Assembly: GCA_050506795.1 (NCBI GenBank)
Contig: JBJHCF010000057.1
Location: 1-27,931, forward strand
Direction of reading: 5' to 3'
Source: Opitutia bacterium
Lineage (GTDB): Bacteria > Verrucomicrobiota > Verrucomicrobiia > Opitutales > T3Sed10-336
DNA length: 27,931 bases
Each line of letters starts with the position of its first letter. The first letter of the stretch is position 1. The notes under the pieces are model-generated. The model was not told where the DNA came from, searched no databases, and saw only the letters and a list, made by a program, of their open reading frames with translations. Of this stretch, positions 18,269 to 27,200 are shown piece after piece. The translations under genes and the position numbers were made by a program.

Positions 18269-20342
18269 GGGGCGTATAGCTAATGGGTTCGGTAAAGCTG
18301 ATGGTGGAATCATCTGAATGCGAAACCCAGTCAGATAATCCGGAGAGTTTTCCATTTCTGCTGGTTCTGCCAAAAACCCAAGCATCACTGCCTTGCCTTA
18401 ACTCCACAATGTTCCCCGTCATGTCCACCCAGGAGTTGCCGTTGAGGTAAATCGATTCCGCCCCGATGTCGCCGAGAATATAGGTTCCATACAGGGTGGA
18501 ATTAATGATCCGGGGATTGATCGCTCCGACCAGATGGATTCTCGAGCGGAGGCCGCGGGGAGCCCGGACATGAGAATTCTCCAAGACAAAGTTTCTGGCC
18601 CGAACGGGGTGGAATGTCCGACTAAACTCGGTTGTCAGATACATATTATCAAATCTGCAGTTGAGAAAATGACCGCCGGTGCGGATACGAGTGCCCGAGA
18701 ATGATGCGCCTACATTTGTGTCGGTGCAGTTTCTTACCACAGTGTCGCGGTTGTAGGTGTCTTCATTGATCGCCAGATCGTTGACGCTGGTGCCATTGGG
18801 AAGTGACTCGAGGGTGACGTCGACGGTTCTATCGGCGTTTGCTTCGCCCACCGCAACAATACGTGACATTCCGCGCAGCACATCCTGCCCCTCCGACCAA
18901 ATGCTGAGCCAGTCCCCGGGACGGAAGAGCCCTGCATGGACTTCCAGGGACAGTTGCAAGTTGAGCGTCTTGCCATCAATCGCCTTGACTGGCTGAGTTC
19001 TGGTGTAAAACGCCAGCGTATCGTCATACATGGCCGATCCGTGCCAATCTCCATCCTCAATCAGGAAGCCCCAGCGGTTGTGTCCGGTGACCGAATAAGC
19101 GCCTCTCCAACTGAAGAATAACTCAGTGCTGGGTTCTTTTACCAGCAAATCAACGTTTGAGAATGTGATGGGCCCCTCATTCTCTGCCGGCTGAATCCCC
19201 ATGTGCGGCAGCAAGTGGAAAAGCACATTGCTGATCGTCACACGGGAACTGCGTCGAACCGAGAGACTGAAGGCCCCCCTATGTCCATAGTCACGATGAG
19301 GCACAATCATCTCGGTGGCATTTTGGTCATAGGCTGCCTGCAGACGTGGTGTCATCGGGGCTCCAGCTTCCGCTTTGTCGCTGATGTGAATCCGGATCTG
19401 ACGGTCCCCGCCGTTTCTGACCGTCTCATCGATATACAGGTGTTCCCCCGAACCGGTCCGGGCACCGGGCGCGTCCGGCACAAAGTAATAGCCAAACAGC
19501 GCCTTCCTGGGCGCGAAATGGTTGGGCCCGACCAGAGGAACCTCGTAACGCTCGGGCACCGTGATGTCCACCGTTCGGTTTGCAACATCGATGGCATCAA
19601 TCATTCCCTGATAATAGGGAAGAGGATCGTAGTTCACGGTAAACCCGTCCAGCTGGATATTTTCGGAATCCTCGATATAAGCCAGGCGATCAGGCGGATA
19701 GAGCAACAGCTTCGCGCCGTTCCCGACGATGCTGATATTCTGAACACCCCTCAGATCGAACAGATTTTCAATGCGGGGGGTTGTGTCACCAATCACGCGG
19801 TAGGTTTTTGTCCCGTCGAAGTGAACGATGCCACCTCCGTCGGCGATAGCCGCATCTACCGCCTTGCGGATAGCGACCCGGTCGTCGGTCGTGCCGTCTC
19901 CGACGGCGCCAAAGTCGCCAACATAGAAAGATCGCAAGCCATCGAAGGTCGGTGTGCCGAAAGCGATCTGATAACCGATTCGGTAGCTGGCCTTGTCGGG
20001 AGTGGCTCTGACCGTGATTTCATCGCCGGCAGCCAGGTTTTCCAAACGCGTCTCGAAACGGGTGACTTCGCCCGCCGGAGCATGAAATTCTTTGAAACGG
20101 GTCGAATTGAGTAAAATATCCAGCCGCACAGCGCTGCCAAACTTCACCTCGATCCAGGCCATGCCGATCTGATAGTCACCCGCCTTTGCCACCTGGTGGG
20201 TCCAGTTCTGTGGCTTGCTGGTGGTCGGCTGCTCTAAGGCGAAGACGAAGGTTTCACTTGGCTCGCCGCTGTAGCCACAGAGGGAACCGAAGACCATTGC
20301 AATGACGAAGACGAGAAAGCGGGTGTAATTGATTGGATTCAT
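18228..20342 (-). CDS. Secreted beta-helix protein (GH110-like paralog 2) with altered catalytic motif and IS30-derived C-terminus
   Basis: Real start at MNPINYTRF (20342) with a signal peptide; colinear with the other two paralogs; WRGAYS replaces WRDGMH, MYDD retained. Confidence 0.85.
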   Translation of the reverse strand: MNPINYTRFLVFVIAMVFGSLCGYSGEPSETFVFALEQPTTSKPQNWTHQVAKAGDYQIGMAWIEVKFGSAVRLDILLNSTRFKEFHAPAGEVTRFETRLENLAAGDEITVRATPDKASYRIGYQIAFGTPTFDGLRSFYVGDFGAVGDGTTDDRVAIRKAVDAAIADGGGIVHFDGTKTYRVIGDTTPRIENLFDLRGVQNISIVGNGAKLLLYPPDRLAYIEDSENIQLDGFTVNYDPLPYYQGMIDAIDVANRTVDITVPERYEVPLVGPNHFAPRKALFGYYFVPDAPGARTGSGEHLYIDETVRNGGDRQIRIHISDKAEAGAPMTPRLQAAYDQNATEMIVPHRDYGHRGAFSLSVRRSSRVTISNVLFHLLPHMGIQPAENEGPITFSNVDLLVKEPSTELFFSWRGAYSVTGHNRWGFLIEDGDWHGSAMYDDTLAFYTRTQPVKAIDGKTLNLQLSLEVHAGLFRPGDWLSIWSEGQDVLRGMSRIVAVGEANADRTVDVTLESLPNGTSVNDLAINEDTYNRDTVVRNCTDTNVGASFSGTRIRTGGHFLNCRFDNMYLTTEFSRTFHPVRARNFVLENSHVRAPRGLRSRIHLVGAINPRIINSTLYGTYILGDIGAESIYLNGNSWVDMTGNIVELRQGSDAWVFGRTSRNGKLSGLSDWVSHSDDSTISFTEPISYTPREFNPKVQEIDRK

Positions 20343-20361
20343 AAGGGGGGAGGTATTAAAA

Positions 20362-21906
20362 TTATTCAATCCCCAATAAATCAGGGTCGTCGTGTGGCAC
20401 GACATAGGGTTCCTCAATCGGTTCGGGCGTGAAATACTGCCCCTCGTAGTCTTCGGCGAGAATGGTAATTTGACCCACATGGTAGCGTCGATTACCGTCA
20501 TGACCGTCGAGTGGCAGTGCAATTTGCGGGGTTCCGTCGCGACGGCCAATCGATACGAATAAATCGTAGGTGCCGGGACGGGTAACCGGGGCGATGTAGC
20601 CCACATTGAAACGGGACGTGTGGGCAGTGGTCGGAATCGCATCCTTGGGACCCACATTTAAATAACGCATATTGAGTGTTTCGTCGGAAAGCACGGAGAC
20701 AATGCCGCCCTTTTCGTCCTTGATCGTCAGCGCCATGAACCCGCCTTGGTAAAGGGGGGCGACTCCGGCGTTGGCCCAGACTGAGTTTACCTCAAAGGGC
20801 TTGCCGCGAACGATTTCTTTGGGCCAGGTGAGCTGCCGCAACTGCAAGCGATAGCCTATCCTTTGATTGATCCGATCGATGGCATCCCGGTTATCCGCTA
20901 GGAAGCGATACGGCCACCAGTGGATGGACATGTAACTGGCATGGTAGGCTTCTACCGACTCGACCAGTAGATCCGGATCCCAGCTCCCGCGCGCGAGCGT
21001 ATAACCATATTGTGCGTGCTCCAGCGCAATGGGCATCGTTGGCCAGAAAAGCTGCACCATCTCTTCGTGATACCAGTGATTCGGATAGGGCGAAACCATA
21101 ATGCTGTCGTCGCGAAGCGAGATGCCGCGCTCGCGGGCGTATTCACTGAGGGGAAAAACACGGCCCGGCCGGGTGGAACCAACAATGTCATCGCTGATGA
21201 TGAGCTGAGTATTCGGGAAGTGGCGAACGTGCATGTCCATGTGCAACTTCAAATCCCGCTCTTTTTTTTGTGGCGAGGGCATGCTGGACAGGTGCGTATG
21301 CCCCTCCCCCCACAAGCCGTAGCTGCCGATATCAATGTAAGCGATATCGGGATTGCCGTCGTAGCGCTTAGCCATTTCTCCGAGAAAAATATCCAGATAC
21401 TTTAAATAAATCGGGTCTGAGAAATCGGGATCCCAACTGCTGCCCTCTGCATGGGGACCCACACCAACATCATACCATACCCCCTGTGCGCCAAGGTCTT
21501 TCACCCATTCCGGCGTGCCAAAGGGAATCCAATTTTCAGAGGTGGATACGCGCAGTATTACTTGCTTGCCAGCCTCGATGAATCGTTGGGCCGGGGTATC
21601 AAAGAGTGCCCAATTATACTCGCCCTTGCGTGGCTCGAGGTAGGACCAGGGCACCCGCAGATAAACCGTTGAAACGCCGGGGAAACGATCCAGCACATCA
21701 CTGGGTTCCATAAAGCTGCCGAAGTGACGGGTATAGTTGGAATAAAACTTCGCCGTCCAACCCATCCCGGGATTGATCAGGACTTCTCCGTTATCCGAGG
21801 GCTTAATCGTGGTTGTCTGGTTTGCCGTAGCGAAACCGGAGGCGGCAACAAAAGCAGTAAGGAGTGAAATAAAGAAACAAATGAAATTGGTTTTTAATAT
21901 TTCCAT
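20362..21906 (-). CDS. Secreted DUF4832-type TIM-barrel glycoside hydrolase (clan GH-A, beta-galactosidase-like)
   Basis: Signal peptide; NPGMGW, VYLRVPWSYLEP, RYDGNP..YIDIGSYGLWGEGH, PIALEH, IGYRLQL..WANAGVAPLY. Confidence 0.8.
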   Translation of the reverse strand: MEILKTNFICFFISLLTAFVAASGFATANQTTTIKPSDNGEVLINPGMGWTAKFYSNYTRHFGSFMEPSDVLDRFPGVSTVYLRVPWSYLEPRKGEYNWALFDTPAQRFIEAGKQVILRVSTSENWIPFGTPEWVKDLGAQGVWYDVGVGPHAEGSSWDPDFSDPIYLKYLDIFLGEMAKRYDGNPDIAYIDIGSYGLWGEGHTHLSSMPSPQKKERDLKLHMDMHVRHFPNTQLIISDDIVGSTRPGRVFPLSEYARERGISLRDDSIMVSPYPNHWYHEEMVQLFWPTMPIALEHAQYGYTLARGSWDPDLLVESVEAYHASYMSIHWWPYRFLADNRDAIDRINQRIGYRLQLRQLTWPKEIVRGKPFEVNSVWANAGVAPLYQGGFMALTIKDEKGGIVSVLSDETLNMRYLNVGPKDAIPTTAHTSRFNVGYIAPVTRPGTYDLFVSIGRRDGTPQIALPLDGHDGNRRYHVGQITILAEDYEGQYFTPEPIEEPYVVPHDDPDLLGIE

Positions 21907-21930
21907 AAAGTTGCATTCATATTGTTGTAA

Positions 21931-22080
21931 CTACTTAGGTCTCTTCAAAATGAGTCGACTATAACTGAGATCGGCAGCCGAAGCCGCGGCAGCGCTGGAA
22001 AAAATAGCCATGAAAAAAAGTAGGTTCTTCAATTTTGGGGGCCGAAGCGACAGTTTCATTATTATTCGTTTAATATTCAT
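21931..22080 (-). pseudogene. 49-aa ORF: orphan signal peptide homologous to the N-terminus of the GH78 at 17908
   Basis: MNIKRIIMKLSLRPPKLKNLLFFMAIFSSAAAASAAD aligns without gaps to IMKLSNLLTLLKSLPFCLAFVSGTVAASAAD (17/31 aa); shared 15-mer ATCGGCAGCCGAAGC. Confidence 0.7.
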
Positions 22081-22091
22081 GAGATACGCTG

Positions 22092-24227
22092 CTAGTCCGT
22101 TTCAAAACGGAGTTGTCCCTGAGGATGAACCTCGACGCGATTCATGATTTCGGAGTCCTCGCCGGTGAAAAGATCTCCATCCACGCGGGAATTTCCGAGT
22201 ATCCGGATCTCACTGTCCGGGCCGACGCGCAAAAACGGATCGGGGCTGTCGGTCCATTCGGTACCCTCGAGCTGAATATCCTTCGCGTTGCGGGTGGCAT
22301 GAAGGGTGGTGCGATGGAACCGAGAGTTTTCAAAACGCACACCGATTGGCCATTGCAAAGCGACCCGGCCGCCGTGACTGGCGATGTGAGTGTCCCGTAC
22401 GACGACATTGCGCGACCGGGGTGTTCCCCAGAACGGATTGAACTCGACAGTGAAGCTGAACTCTTCGAAGTGGTTGTTATCGAACAAAATATCGCTGGCC
22501 CGGAAACGGGTGGTGGCGTTGCCGGTGCCGAGGTCCGAGGTCCGGCAATTGCGGATCAGGGTATTCCGGTTGAGGAGTTCCTCGTTGATGAAGGTATCGT
22601 CCGCCTGTGTGCCTTCCGGAAGGGATTCCAAGGTCAGATAGAACCGGTTTTCATCGATGACATCCTGGACGCTTACCAGACGGCTCATACCGCGCAGTTC
22701 GCTTTGGTCCTGATTCCAAACGCTCACCCAGTCGCCGGGCCACCAGGTGTCGATATCCTTGTGGTCGCGGAAGGCGGGCTCCATCTCGACCGTGTTGTCG
22801 TCGATGCCGATGACTTTGTGGACGCGGGTGAAAATGGCGAAAACGTCGTCGTACATGGCGGCGCCGTCTATGTCGCAATCTTCGATGGTGAGTCCGAACC
22901 GACTGCTCTTGATGTGCATGCCGTCACGCCAGGAAACGTAGAGTTCGGTTTCCGGGTTGTTGGATTTCAAATTGACGTTTCGGTAGGTCACGGGACCGAT
23001 GTTGTCCCGAGTATCGAGCCAGAAATAGGGCACGGTGGACCAGTGGAGATTGCTCAGCTTCACCCGGCTGCTGGTGTGAACAAAGGTCTCGCCATGCAGG
23101 TGTCCGTAAATCAGGTGAGGGACCACGAACTCGGTCGCGCCGGTGTCCTTCGCATACTGCAGGCGAGGGCGCATTGGGGCGTCGGGCGTGTCGCTCCCCA
23201 GTGCGCTGCCCGGCAGATGGAGGCGAATTTCACGCTCGTTGCCGATCCGTTCCACCAGATCCACGTAGATATTGTGGCCGTTGCCGGCCCGCGATCCCGG
23301 CGCATGCGGGGTGAACGAGCGGCCAAAGAAGGGTTCGTAGTGCTCGTTGCGCCCCGTCAGAGGAACGGGGTACCGGTCGTGCACAACGAGGTCGATCGTC
23401 ATGCGCTCCATATCGATGTCGATGATATCTCCCTGATAATAGGGAAGGGGGTCGTAATCGATGTGGAGATTATCGATGTGAATGTTACGGGCTCTGCGGA
23501 TGTGCGCCAGCCCATCCGGAGGGTGGAGGATCAATCTCGCGCCGTTTCCCTCCACCTTGATATTCCTGGCGTCTTGCAGCGGAAAGACATGCTCCCGGGT
23601 CAAGTCGTCATTTCCAACGAGCCGGTAAGTCTTTCCGGACTCGAAGCGAATGATGCCGCCGCCGGCCGCCCGGGCCGCATCGACCGCGCGGTGAACGGCG
23701 GCGAAGTCATCGGTTGTTCCGTCGCCGATCGCTCCGAACTCACTGACGGGAAACTCCCGCATGCCGGAAAAGCGGGGCGTGGCAATAGCCAGTTGAAAAG
23801 CGAGCTGATAAGTCGCGTCATTGTGCGGATCGGCGCGGATTTCGATTTCATCGCCCGCAGCCAGATTCTCAAGACGCGTCTCGAAACGTGTCGGCCCTTG
23901 CCGCGGTTCAGCTTCAAGGCGACGAATCGTTTCACCGGCGGCGCGGACCGATACCTCGACAGTTCCTCCCGAGACCACCTCCACCCACGCCATGCCCAAC
24001 TGATAGGTGCCGGGTTCGTCGACCGAGTGGCTCCACACTCCCTGGCCTGAGGTCCTTTCCGGTTCGACGATCCGAAGGATTCCGGCCTCTTGTCTCACCA
24101 GTTCCGGTTGCGTATGAAAAGGTCCCGGGAGGAGGGGATCGCTCGATTGATTATTTTCCGAAATCGCCTGACAACCGAGAAGAAGAACGGATAAAGTTGC
24201 GAAAAGGGAGGAAGTGAATGCTTTCAT
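22092..24227 (-). CDS. Lipoprotein beta-helix glycoside hydrolase (GH110-like paralog 3)
   Basis: Lipobox LLLG-C; FGAIGDGTTDDFAA; DYDPLPYYQG; WRDGMH...MYDD; NRNTLIRNC. Confidence 0.87.
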   Translation of the reverse strand: MKAFTSSLFATLSVLLLGCQAISENNQSSDPLLPGPFHTQPELVRQEAGILRIVEPERTSGQGVWSHSVDEPGTYQLGMAWVEVVSGGTVEVSVRAAGETIRRLEAEPRQGPTRFETRLENLAAGDEIEIRADPHNDATYQLAFQLAIATPRFSGMREFPVSEFGAIGDGTTDDFAAVHRAVDAARAAGGGIIRFESGKTYRLVGNDDLTREHVFPLQDARNIKVEGNGARLILHPPDGLAHIRRARNIHIDNLHIDYDPLPYYQGDIIDIDMERMTIDLVVHDRYPVPLTGRNEHYEPFFGRSFTPHAPGSRAGNGHNIYVDLVERIGNEREIRLHLPGSALGSDTPDAPMRPRLQYAKDTGATEFVVPHLIYGHLHGETFVHTSSRVKLSNLHWSTVPYFWLDTRDNIGPVTYRNVNLKSNNPETELYVSWRDGMHIKSSRFGLTIEDCDIDGAAMYDDVFAIFTRVHKVIGIDDNTVEMEPAFRDHKDIDTWWPGDWVSVWNQDQSELRGMSRLVSVQDVIDENRFYLTLESLPEGTQADDTFINEELLNRNTLIRNCRTSDLGTGNATTRFRASDILFDNNHFEEFSFTVEFNPFWGTPRSRNVVVRDTHIASHGGRVALQWPIGVRFENSRFHRTTLHATRNAKDIQLEGTEWTDSPDPFLRVGPDSEIRILGNSRVDGDLFTGEDSEIMNRVEVHPQGQLRFETD

Positions 24228-24272
24228 TATTAGTCTATGTCGAATACAGGTCGAATTTTTAAGATTGTGATA

Positions 24273-24533
24273 TCATGGTGAGTCCTCAACCCGGATGTTT
24301 TCTGAATTCGATGTCGAAACTGCCGCGGGAAGCACCTGACCCGATGGCCGTTCGGCCAGATTATCCCTGACAACCGCATTGCGGGTCCAGGTGAACTGAA
24401 TCTCAGGCCGCGGACAGTCAACGAAGCGGTTTCCCTCAACAAGCAGGTTGCGAGGTCCGATCATGGCGGCTGGTGTGCCGCGTTCGGTGAAAGTGAAAGA
24501 AAGTTTGACGCTTGGAATTGGGTTTGGATGCAC
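24273..24533 (-). pseudogene. Remnant of a beta-helix protein gene (C-terminal coils only, probable large internal deletion)
   Basis: GPRNLLVEGNRFVDCPRPEIQFTWTRNAVVRDN...STSNSENIRVE resembles terminal beta-helix coils; in-frame GTG at 24533. Confidence 0.6.
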
Positions 24534-24604
24534 GTTTGAATTCGTTTTTGTTCTGGATTTTGCAGGACAAAGACCTTTCAAAGGTACCAATCTAGTGTTT
24601 TGGG

Positions 24605-24644
24605 TGCTATCGACAAATGCGGATTATTTTTTTGAATTTGCGAC
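24605..24644 (-). promoter_or_regulatory. Shared upstream motif (promoter/operator) of the - arm
   Basis: Reverse complement GTCGCAAATTCAAAAAAATAATCCGCATTTGTCGATAGCA is 32/40 identical to 379-418. Confidence 0.65.
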
Positions 24645-24656
24645 GTCACCTGCAAT

Positions 24657-24734
24657 CAAGACGAAGTCTCAGACCAAAATGTAGCATCCCGCCTTGCGGG
24701 ATGATCGGGCTCAGGCCCGATCCTGCGGTCCGGA
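24657..24734 (+). repeat. REP-like double-hairpin element, copy 2
   Basis: GTAG-CATCCCGC-CTT-GCGGGATG-ATCGGGC-TCAG-GCCCGAT, with flanks shared with 11731-11809. Confidence 0.75.
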
Positions 24735-24910
24735 TTTAAAATAATTACTGACAGGAATGCCGAGGATCGCAGCAAGACGGCATCGAAGCGCGAGGTGACC
24801 CATTCAAAGAATAGATCCAGGCGGCTAATGGGACAATAGGAAATCAGGAGACAGTTCACATTGCGCCGGATCGAATCTGGAAAAATATATTCTTATACTG
24901 TTTTAGAGGG

Positions 24911-25642
24911 ATGGAAACTGTCGCCACCGGAATGCCTTTATATGAAAAGGTTCGCCTGGAGCTGAGGAAACTTGTTCGCTCGGAGTATCGTCCAGGAGAC
25001 CTGTTGCCCACACAGACAGATATCGTGCAACGGACCGGAGCTAGCGCAATCACGGTGAAGCGCGCTTTGCAGGAGTTGGCTCGCGAGGGTCTGATCGAGT
25101 CGATACGCGGGAAAGGCACCATTGTCCGGAGGCTTGAAGTCGCCGATCTCCATGCCGGTGTATCAAGTTGGAGCGAATCGGTCAGCGGATTCGGTGAAAT
25201 GCCGCAGACCGCCTGGACAAAGATCGAGCGACGCACCCCGCCGGAACGCGTTCGCAACCTCCTAAAAATTGCCCCCTTGGCCGAAACATTTCGCATCCGG
25301 CGCCTGCGGATGGTTCGTGGAAAACCAATCTGTCTGATGATCAATGAAATCCCGGCATCGCTCATTCCCGAGTTCAGCCGTGAGATGGTCGATTGCGAAT
25401 CGCTTTACGATTGCCTGTACCGGCATTTCCGCCTGCATCCCGCCAGAGCGGACGAGGATGTAACCGCGCGCGAATCCGCCGCGAGCGAGCGCAAGCATCT
25501 CGGCGCCCATGCCAAAGTGTTGCTGGTCGTCACCCGCCGCACGTTTCTGGCTAACGCCCGGCCGCTCGAACTGGCTACGGTCGTCGCCAACGCGGCGAGC
25601 TATCGCTATCAAGTGGAACTCTTCAACCAACCGAATCGATAA
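24911..25642 (+). CDS. GntR-family transcriptional regulator, HutC/UTRA subfamily
   Basis: PLYEKV..YRPGDLLPT..SAITVKRALQELAREGLIESIRGKGTIV wHTH; UTRA-type RRLRMVRGKPICL, SLYDCL, RPLEL..YRY. Confidence 0.95.
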   Translation: METVATGMPLYEKVRLELRKLVRSEYRPGDLLPTQTDIVQRTGASAITVKRALQELAREGLIESIRGKGTIVRRLEVADLHAGVSSWSESVSGFGEMPQTAWTKIERRTPPERVRNLLKIAPLAETFRIRRLRMVRGKPICLMINEIPASLIPEFSREMVDCESLYDCLYRHFRLHPARADEDVTARESAASERKHLGAHAKVLLVVTRRTFLANARPLELATVVANAASYRYQVELFNQPNR

Positions 25643-25649
25643 TATCCGA

Positions 25650-26107
25650 TGATCCTGACCTTCCCTTATTGCCTCGACAGTGTCCGTGCCCCGACGATTG
25701 GGACGACATGCGCGATTATGTGAGGGCTATCGTGGATCATTACGACGACGGGTCCGGAACGCTCGCCGTGCTGGAAGCGTGGAACGAGCCCAATGCCGAG
25801 CATCGCTGGGCGGATACGCCGGAGAACCTGGTCAAGGTGCATCGGATTTTTACGAGGAAACCCGTCCCACCGACGGTCGGATGCGCGTGGCTGGATTGTC
25901 GATTTCGCCCGGCCACCATCTCGATTACGTGGAACGTTTGATCGATCTCGGCATCCTTGACTACAGCGAAATCCTGGCAGGCCATTCTTATGAAGAGATG
26001 GGGAGCATTCAGCGGGAAACCCCGATCAACAACCTGCCGATGCACGCGGCGCTGCTGCGCAACCCGATGATTCGCGATGGGAAGTTGATGCCGATCTGGA
26101 ATACCGA
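25650..26107 (+). pseudogene. GH39-like clan GH-A glycosidase fragment, frameshifted and cut by IS630
   Basis: PDDWDDMRDYVRAIVDHY..LEAWNEPN (acid/base motif); frameshift in T5 at 25847-25851; then IFYEE..DYSEILAGHSY..PIWNT, ending at the IS630 TA. Confidence 0.8.
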
Positions 26108-26109
26108 TA

Positions 26110-27198
26110 TTAATCGTTGCAAAAGTTCTTGCACTCAAAGTGCTGATGTTATAATTTAATAGCATGGACAAGGAACGAAGAACTTTGAGAGAGCAAAAGC
26201 GAATCGATGCAGTTCGAGCTGTTATGAATGGCGAGCCGGTCGACGTAGTTGCGCGGGTTTGCAAAGTTCCACGGCGAACGATTTTTTTGTGGCTGGCGAA
26301 GTACCGCCAAGGGGGTTTGAAGAATCTGAAGGAAGGTGATCGAAGCGGACGACCACGTAAGGTTACTCCGGAAATAATGAACTGGATTTACTATGCGATA
26401 AGTCTTGGCGATCCACGTCAGTATAAGTTGCCGTTTTGCTTGTGGACTCTTAACAACCTGAGGACAATCCTTAAGAGAGAATTTAATCTTGAGCTAAGCA
26501 AGAGTTCGGTTTGTCGTCTTCTGGCGCATCTGGGGTTGTCTCCGCAACGGCCAATCTACCGATCCTACAAACAAGATCCAAAGAAGTTGGAAAGGTATCT
26601 AAAGAAGACGTTTCCGGAACTTCGTCGTATCGCAAAACGTTTAGGTGCAGAGATTTATTTTATAGACGAGTCGGCCGTGCGCAGTGACCACCATAGTGGA
26701 ACAACCTGGGGACCTATTGGGGAAACTCCGGTGGTGGAAGATTCCGGTGATCGGTTCGGCATAAAGCTAATATCGGCGGTTAGTCCACGAGGGGATATGC
26801 GATTTCAAATGATTGAGGGACGAATGAATTCGGACAAATTTATCGAGTTTCTCAAGAAACTCCGGTCGGATGCTGGGAAACCGATCATTGTGATCGCTGA
26901 CAATGCATCGTACCATAAATCCAAAAAGGTGATGGGCTTCGCAGAGAACAGTAATCAAGAAATCACACTCGAGCTGCTTCCCGTCTACGCGCCAGAGTTA
27001 AATCCCGATGAGCAGGTTTGGAACCATGCCAAAGCCCGGTTGGGCAAATTGTTTATCGACAGCAAAGAAACTATGAAACGATGCGTTTTGAATGTCATGC
27101 GTTCGATCCAAAAGAATGTTCGGTTGGTACGATCATTTTTCGAACTTGAAGACACAAAATACATTATCCAATAGTGCAAGAACTTTTGCAACGATTAA
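26110..27198 (+). mobile_element. Complete IS630-family insertion sequence
   Basis: Perfect 26-bp IRs TTAATCGTTGCAAAAGTTCTTGCACT (26110-26135 and 27173-27198), each flanked by TA (26108-26109, 27199-27200). Confidence 0.96.
26164..27174 (+). CDS. IS630-family transposase
   Basis: HTH + SGRPRK; DDE motifs FIDES, IADNASYH, LPVYAPELNPDEQVW. Confidence 0.96.
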   Translation: MDKERRTLREQKRIDAVRAVMNGEPVDVVARVCKVPRRTIFLWLAKYRQGGLKNLKEGDRSGRPRKVTPEIMNWIYYAISLGDPRQYKLPFCLWTLNNLRTILKREFNLELSKSSVCRLLAHLGLSPQRPIYRSYKQDPKKLERYLKKTFPELRRIAKRLGAEIYFIDESAVRSDHHSGTTWGPIGETPVVEDSGDRFGIKLISAVSPRGDMRFQMIEGRMNSDKFIEFLKKLRSDAGKPIIVIADNASYHKSKKVMGFAENSNQEITLELLPVYAPELNPDEQVWNHAKARLGKLFIDSKETMKRCVLNVMRSIQKNVRLVRSFFELEDTKYIIQ

Positions 27199-27200
27199 TA

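Noticed and set aside
20343..20657. 105-aa N-terminal extension of ORF 18228-20657
   Set aside because: Overlaps the DUF4832 gene; the signal peptide begins at Met 20342
22113..24050. 645-aa antisense ORF opposite paralog 3
   Set aside because: Shadow ORF typical of GC-rich codon bias; no recognisable motifs, and not preserved at this length opposite the other paralogs
24656..24859. 67-aa ORF between the - arm and gntR
   Set aside because: Runs through the REP-like element and has no motifs
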